Shown here: piece after piece, positions 60,783-64,000 of the stretch | Layout of the letters: each line of letters starts with the position of its first letter | Numbering within the stretch: the first letter of the stretch is position 1 | Assembly (NCBI GenBank): GCA_001872545.1 | Contig: MNWN01000011.1 | Span: 2,089 to 66,088, forward strand | DNA from: Parcubacteria group bacterium CG1_02_58_44 | Lineage (GTDB): Bacteria; Patescibacteriota; Patescibacteriia; SG8-24 | Length of the DNA stretch: 64,000 nucleotides | Direction: 5' to 3' | Notes under the pieces: generated by a model | The model's input: the letters and a program-made list of their open reading frames with translations, nothing else | Told to the model about the DNA's origin: nothing | Database searches by the model: none | Position numbers and translations under genes: made by a program

Positions 60783-62033
60783 ATGGCGGACGATTCATTG
60801 TTTGCAGGAATAGACATAGGCTCGACTGCGGTCAGGATTGCGGTCGGTCAGAAGATGCCGAACGCTGATAGGGGTCAGGTCCACATAATTGGGGCAGCCG
60901 AAACCGTGTCCGAAGGCATCAATCGCGGCATCATCAACTCGATCGAGGATGCCGTATCTTCTGTTTCGGCCTGCATCGAGAAGGTAGAACGCATGACCGG
61001 AATGCCTTTCGGTTCGGCTTGGGTTTCAGTCTCCGGTCCGCATGTGAGCATGTTGGAAAGCAGGGGAGTCGTGGCCGTCTCCCGTCCGGACGGAGAGATC
61101 AGGGACAAGGATGTCGAACGGGCGGTCGATGCGGCGCAGACCGTGGCGACCCCGGTCAACTATGAGATCATTCACGTCATCCCCAAGTCGTTTGCCGTCG
61201 ACGGTCAGACCGACGTCAGGGATCCGGTCGGAATGTCAGGTATCAGGTTGGAGGTCAATACGCAGATCATTCAGGGCCTGTCGTCACATATCAGGAATCT
61301 TACCAAATGCGTCTATCGTACCGGCGTGAACATAGAGAAGTTAGTGCTCGGTGCGTTGGCCGCATCCGAAGTGGTCGTGACCTCTCGTCAGAAGGAGCTT
61401 GGAGTGGCGGTCGTCAATATCGGTGGCGCATCGACCAATCTGGCGGTCTTTGAGCATGGTGACCTGCTGCACATCGGAATGATCCCTCTCGGTTCGGATC
61501 ACGTGACGGCCGACATTGCCATCGGCCTGCGCACTTCCATCGACACTGCCGAGCGGGTCAAGCTGCAGCACGCATCGGCAACGCCGAAGAGTTTCGGTAA
61601 GGGTGACCTGATCGACCTGAAGGAGATGGGCGTTCAGGACAGTGAGGAGATCTCCCTGCGCTATGTTTCCCAGATCGTTGAGGCTAGGTGCGAGGAACTT
61701 CTGGAGAAGGTCGACAAGGAGCTTAAGACCGTCGGTCGAAGCGGCCTGCTGCCGGCCGGAATCGTACTGACCGGCGGCGGCGCCAAGTTGCCTGGCCTGG
61801 TCGAGTTGGCCAAGGAGAAGCTGCGTTTGCCGGTGTCATTGGGCTTTCCGGTCGGAATGACCAGCATAACCGACCGGGTCAACGACCTGTCTTTCTCGAC
61901 TGCCATTGGGTTGGTGCAGTGGGGCATCAACGATCTGCCGCCGGAAACCAGGCGAGGAGGACTATTGTCTCGCTATCGGCCGATGGACCTGATGTCTAAG
62001 GGAATAAGAAAGCTGTTCGGTCAGACGTCATAG
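60783..62033 (+). CDS. ftsA: Cell division protein FtsA
   Basis: The actin-like ATPase N-terminus FAGIDIGSTAVRIAVGQ, the phosphate-2 region and the C-terminal amphipathic tail. Lies upstream of ftsZ. Confidence 0.9.
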   Translation: MADDSLFAGIDIGSTAVRIAVGQKMPNADRGQVHIIGAAETVSEGINRGIINSIEDAVSSVSACIEKVERMTGMPFGSAWVSVSGPHVSMLESRGVVAVSRPDGEIRDKDVERAVDAAQTVATPVNYEIIHVIPKSFAVDGQTDVRDPVGMSGIRLEVNTQIIQGLSSHIRNLTKCVYRTGVNIEKLVLGALAASEVVVTSRQKELGVAVVNIGGASTNLAVFEHGDLLHIGMIPLGSDHVTADIAIGLRTSIDTAERVKLQHASATPKSFGKGDLIDLKEMGVQDSEEISLRYVSQIVEARCEELLEKVDKELKTVGRSGLLPAGIVLTGGGAKLPGLVELAKEKLRLPVSLGFPVGMTSITDRVNDLSFSTAIGLVQWGINDLPPETRRGGLLSRYRPMDLMSKGIRKLFGQTS

Positions 62034-62277
62034 GTCGACTGCTGACCAGTTGGGTATGGACCGATGCGACAGGCGTCGGTTTTGTTTTTTGTCTGACGAA
62101 AAAGCGGCCGTTCGTCAGTTTGGGTCTGCGAATACCTTTTTTGTTCATTTTTAGTTCAAAATCGCTTGACGACTGGTTCTCTTCTCCCATACTCTTACCC
62201 TGTGTTTTGAGATTCTATGGGGAGGTCTCGTTCGGTGCCGAAGTTCGGGTGCCGGGGCCGCCGTTAATCACAAGTCT

Positions 62278-63555
62278 ATGGCAGAAGTAAAGCCGGCAAT
62301 CGAATCGTTCGCCAAGATAAAGGTGATTGGTGTTGGCGGTTCTGGCGGTTCGGCCATCAACCGGATGATCAGGTCCAAGATCAAGGGCGTCGAGTTCATT
62401 GTCGCCAACACGGACGTCCAGGCCCTGCATAATTCCGTGGCCCCAAAAAAGATCCAGCTTGGCAAGTCCGTGACGCGCGGACTGGGTGCGGGGATGAATC
62501 CGGACATCGGCAAGCAGTCAGCCGAGGAGAACCAGAACGAGATTCGCGAGGCGTTGAACGGTGCCGACATGGTTTTTATAACTTGTGGTTTGGGCGGCGG
62601 AACCGGCAGCGGAGCTTCGCCGACCATCGCCGAGATTGCCCGAGACTGCGGTGCGCTGACTGTGGCCGTGGTGACCAGACCGTTCTCCTTCGAGGGTGTC
62701 CAGAGGAAGAAAATCGCCGAGAGGGCGTTCGACAGCTTGGTCGCCCAGGTCGATACGATCATCGCCATACCGAACGACCGGGTGCTTTCGGTCATCGACA
62801 AGAAGACTTCGCTGGTCGATGCCTTCGAGGCGGTTGACGACGTGCTGCGTCAGGGCGTCCAGAGCATCTCGGAGATCATCACCGTGCCTGGACTGGTCAA
62901 CGTCGACTTCGCCGACGTGAAGGCGATCATGCAGAACACAGGTTCGGCACTGATGGGCATCGGCGTGGCCACCGGCGAGAATCGGGTCATTACCGCCGCC
63001 AAACAGGCCATCTCCAGTCCGCTGCTCGAGATGTCGATCGAGGGGGCCAAGGGCATCCTGTTTACCATTACCGGCGGCGTCGACCTGTCGATGCACGAGT
63101 TCGACGAGGCCTCAAAGGTGATAACCGGCAAGGCCGATCCTGAGGCTAGGGTCATCTTCGGTGCGGTCATAGACGAGAGCCTGAAGGATGAGGTCAAGGT
63201 CTGCGTGATCGCTACCGGCTTCGATGCGGACCGTTCGAGTAAGCTCAAGGGCGACAAGGAAGCGAATCCCTTCTCTTCGGAGAGATTCGGATCGTCCCAG
63301 GAGAAGGCGTCGGAACGGCTGTCCGTCGTCCGCAGGAGCCCGACCGTCGAGAACCTGTCCGAAGAGAAGGAGGATGCGGAGACGTCGACGGAAGGCGTCG
63401 GTTTCGGGGGACCTTCGAACGGATTGGGAGCCTTCGTCAGGCGTCCGGTTCGAGACGCGGAAGATGAAAACGAGACCGGTCGTCAGCCGGCCGTCGCCGT
63501 CGGAGGGGAGGAAGATCTGGAGATTCCGGCCTTCATCAGGCGGAAGATGCCGTAA
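62278..63555 (+). CDS. ftsZ: Cell division GTPase FtsZ
   Basis: IKVIGVGGSGGSAINRMI and the tubulin signature GGGTGSGASPTIAEIAR. The T7 loop NVDFADV. The C-terminal conserved peptide DLEIPAFIRRK. Confidence 0.95.
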   Translation: MAEVKPAIESFAKIKVIGVGGSGGSAINRMIRSKIKGVEFIVANTDVQALHNSVAPKKIQLGKSVTRGLGAGMNPDIGKQSAEENQNEIREALNGADMVFITCGLGGGTGSGASPTIAEIARDCGALTVAVVTRPFSFEGVQRKKIAERAFDSLVAQVDTIIAIPNDRVLSVIDKKTSLVDAFEAVDDVLRQGVQSISEIITVPGLVNVDFADVKAIMQNTGSALMGIGVATGENRVITAAKQAISSPLLEMSIEGAKGILFTITGGVDLSMHEFDEASKVITGKADPEARVIFGAVIDESLKDEVKVCVIATGFDADRSSKLKGDKEANPFSSERFGSSQEKASERLSVVRRSPTVENLSEEKEDAETSTEGVGFGGPSNGLGAFVRRPVRDAEDENETGRQPAVAVGGEEDLEIPAFIRRKMP

Positions 63556-63573
63556 TAAGTAGCCGCCAAGCAG

Positions 63574-64000
63574 ATGAAGTGTCCGGTCTGCTCCAATGAA
63601 GAAACCAAAGTGATCGACTCGCGGGTCTCTTCGGACGGCGTGTCCGTGAGACGTCGGCGCGAGTGCGTCAGGTGCGACTTTCGCTTTTCGACCGTCGAGG
63701 GAGTCGAGCTGCTCGAGCTTTCGGTCGTGAAGGGCGACGGCCGTAGGGAGCCGTACATGCGCGGCAAGCTGGAGTCGGGCCTCAGGAGAGCGCTGGAGAA
63801 ACGGGCCTGCGAGGCAGACGGGTTCCGTTCGCTGTTGGGCCTGATCGAACGCGACATCCAGCGCCTGCGCCGGAGCGAGGTCACGAGCAGTGAGATCGGC
63901 GAGATAGTCATGCAGCACCTGCGGCAGTTCGATTCCGTCGCCTACATCCGGTTCGCTTCGGTCTACAGGTCATTCGAGGACGTGGAGAACTTTCGTGAGG
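63574..64000 (+). CDS. nrdR: Transcriptional repressor NrdR (3' end lies beyond the window)
   Basis: Manual translation gives MKCPVCSNEETKVIDSRVSSDGVSVRRRRECVRCDFRFSTVE, a zinc ribbon, followed by an ATP-cone (KRDGRREPY...VYRSFEDVENF). It is not in the ORF track because it is incomplete. Confidence 0.85.
   Translation, partial: MKCPVCSNEETKVIDSRVSSDGVSVRRRRECVRCDFRFSTVEGVELLELSVVKGDGRREPYMRGKLESGLRRALEKRACEADGFRSLLGLIERDIQRLRRSEVTSSEIGEIVMQHLRQFDSVAYIRFASVYRSFEDVENFRE

Overview
This is a 64 kb high-GC (roughly 60%) bacterial chromosomal segment in which most genes are housekeeping genes. Several features point (inference only) to a small-genome Candidate Phyla Radiation/Patescibacteria-like organism with a Gram-positive-type envelope: VirB2/TrbC-like pilin modules fused to very large extracellular proteins, a DUF4012 protein, an LCP ligase, and long low-complexity extensions on L19, RNase J and HisS. 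Contents in order: (1) 336-9350 is a glycopolymer/exopolysaccharide locus with a DUF4012 membrane protein, three GT-B (group 1) glycosyltransferases, a SAM methyltransferase, a small low-GC hypothetical gene and a priming polyprenyl glycosylphosphotransferase. (2) A lipoprotein gene, RNase P RNA (rnpB), trpS, a hypothetical protein with a methyltransferase-like C-terminus, a Pif1/RecD-like helicase and RNase J. (3) tRNA-Leu(CAG) with a nearby duplicated 3' end, an OppA-like solute-binding protein, secG, a DsbA-like oxidoreductase, a Cys-rich secreted protein carrying a VirB2/TrbC-like pilin module, uvrA and a secreted hypothetical protein. (4) rplS, an RluD-like pseudouridine synthase, tRNA-Ile with a genomic TAT anticodon, rel, topA, dprA, pth, der and an LCP-family protein. 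(5) tRNA-Val(CAC), lepB, hisS, rpsU and a yqeY-like gene. (6) The most striking region is 44884-59873, a same-strand block encoding two tandem pilin-module proteins of 748 aa and 3358 aa. The giant one carries SbsA/Ig-like and IPT/TIG-like domains, Myxococcus-type Cys-rich repeats and a C-terminal VWA domain. Three paralogous single-pass membrane proteins with CGDGxC..CPxDC cysteine repeats and Asp-rich calcium-binding-type repeats follow. (7) ybeY, dgkA, ftsA, ftsZ and the start of nrdR. No CRISPR array, rRNA or obvious transposase was seen. Several short dispersed or inverted repeats and duplicated tRNA 3' ends are present. Coordinates taken from hand parsing of the sequence lines may be off by a few nt.
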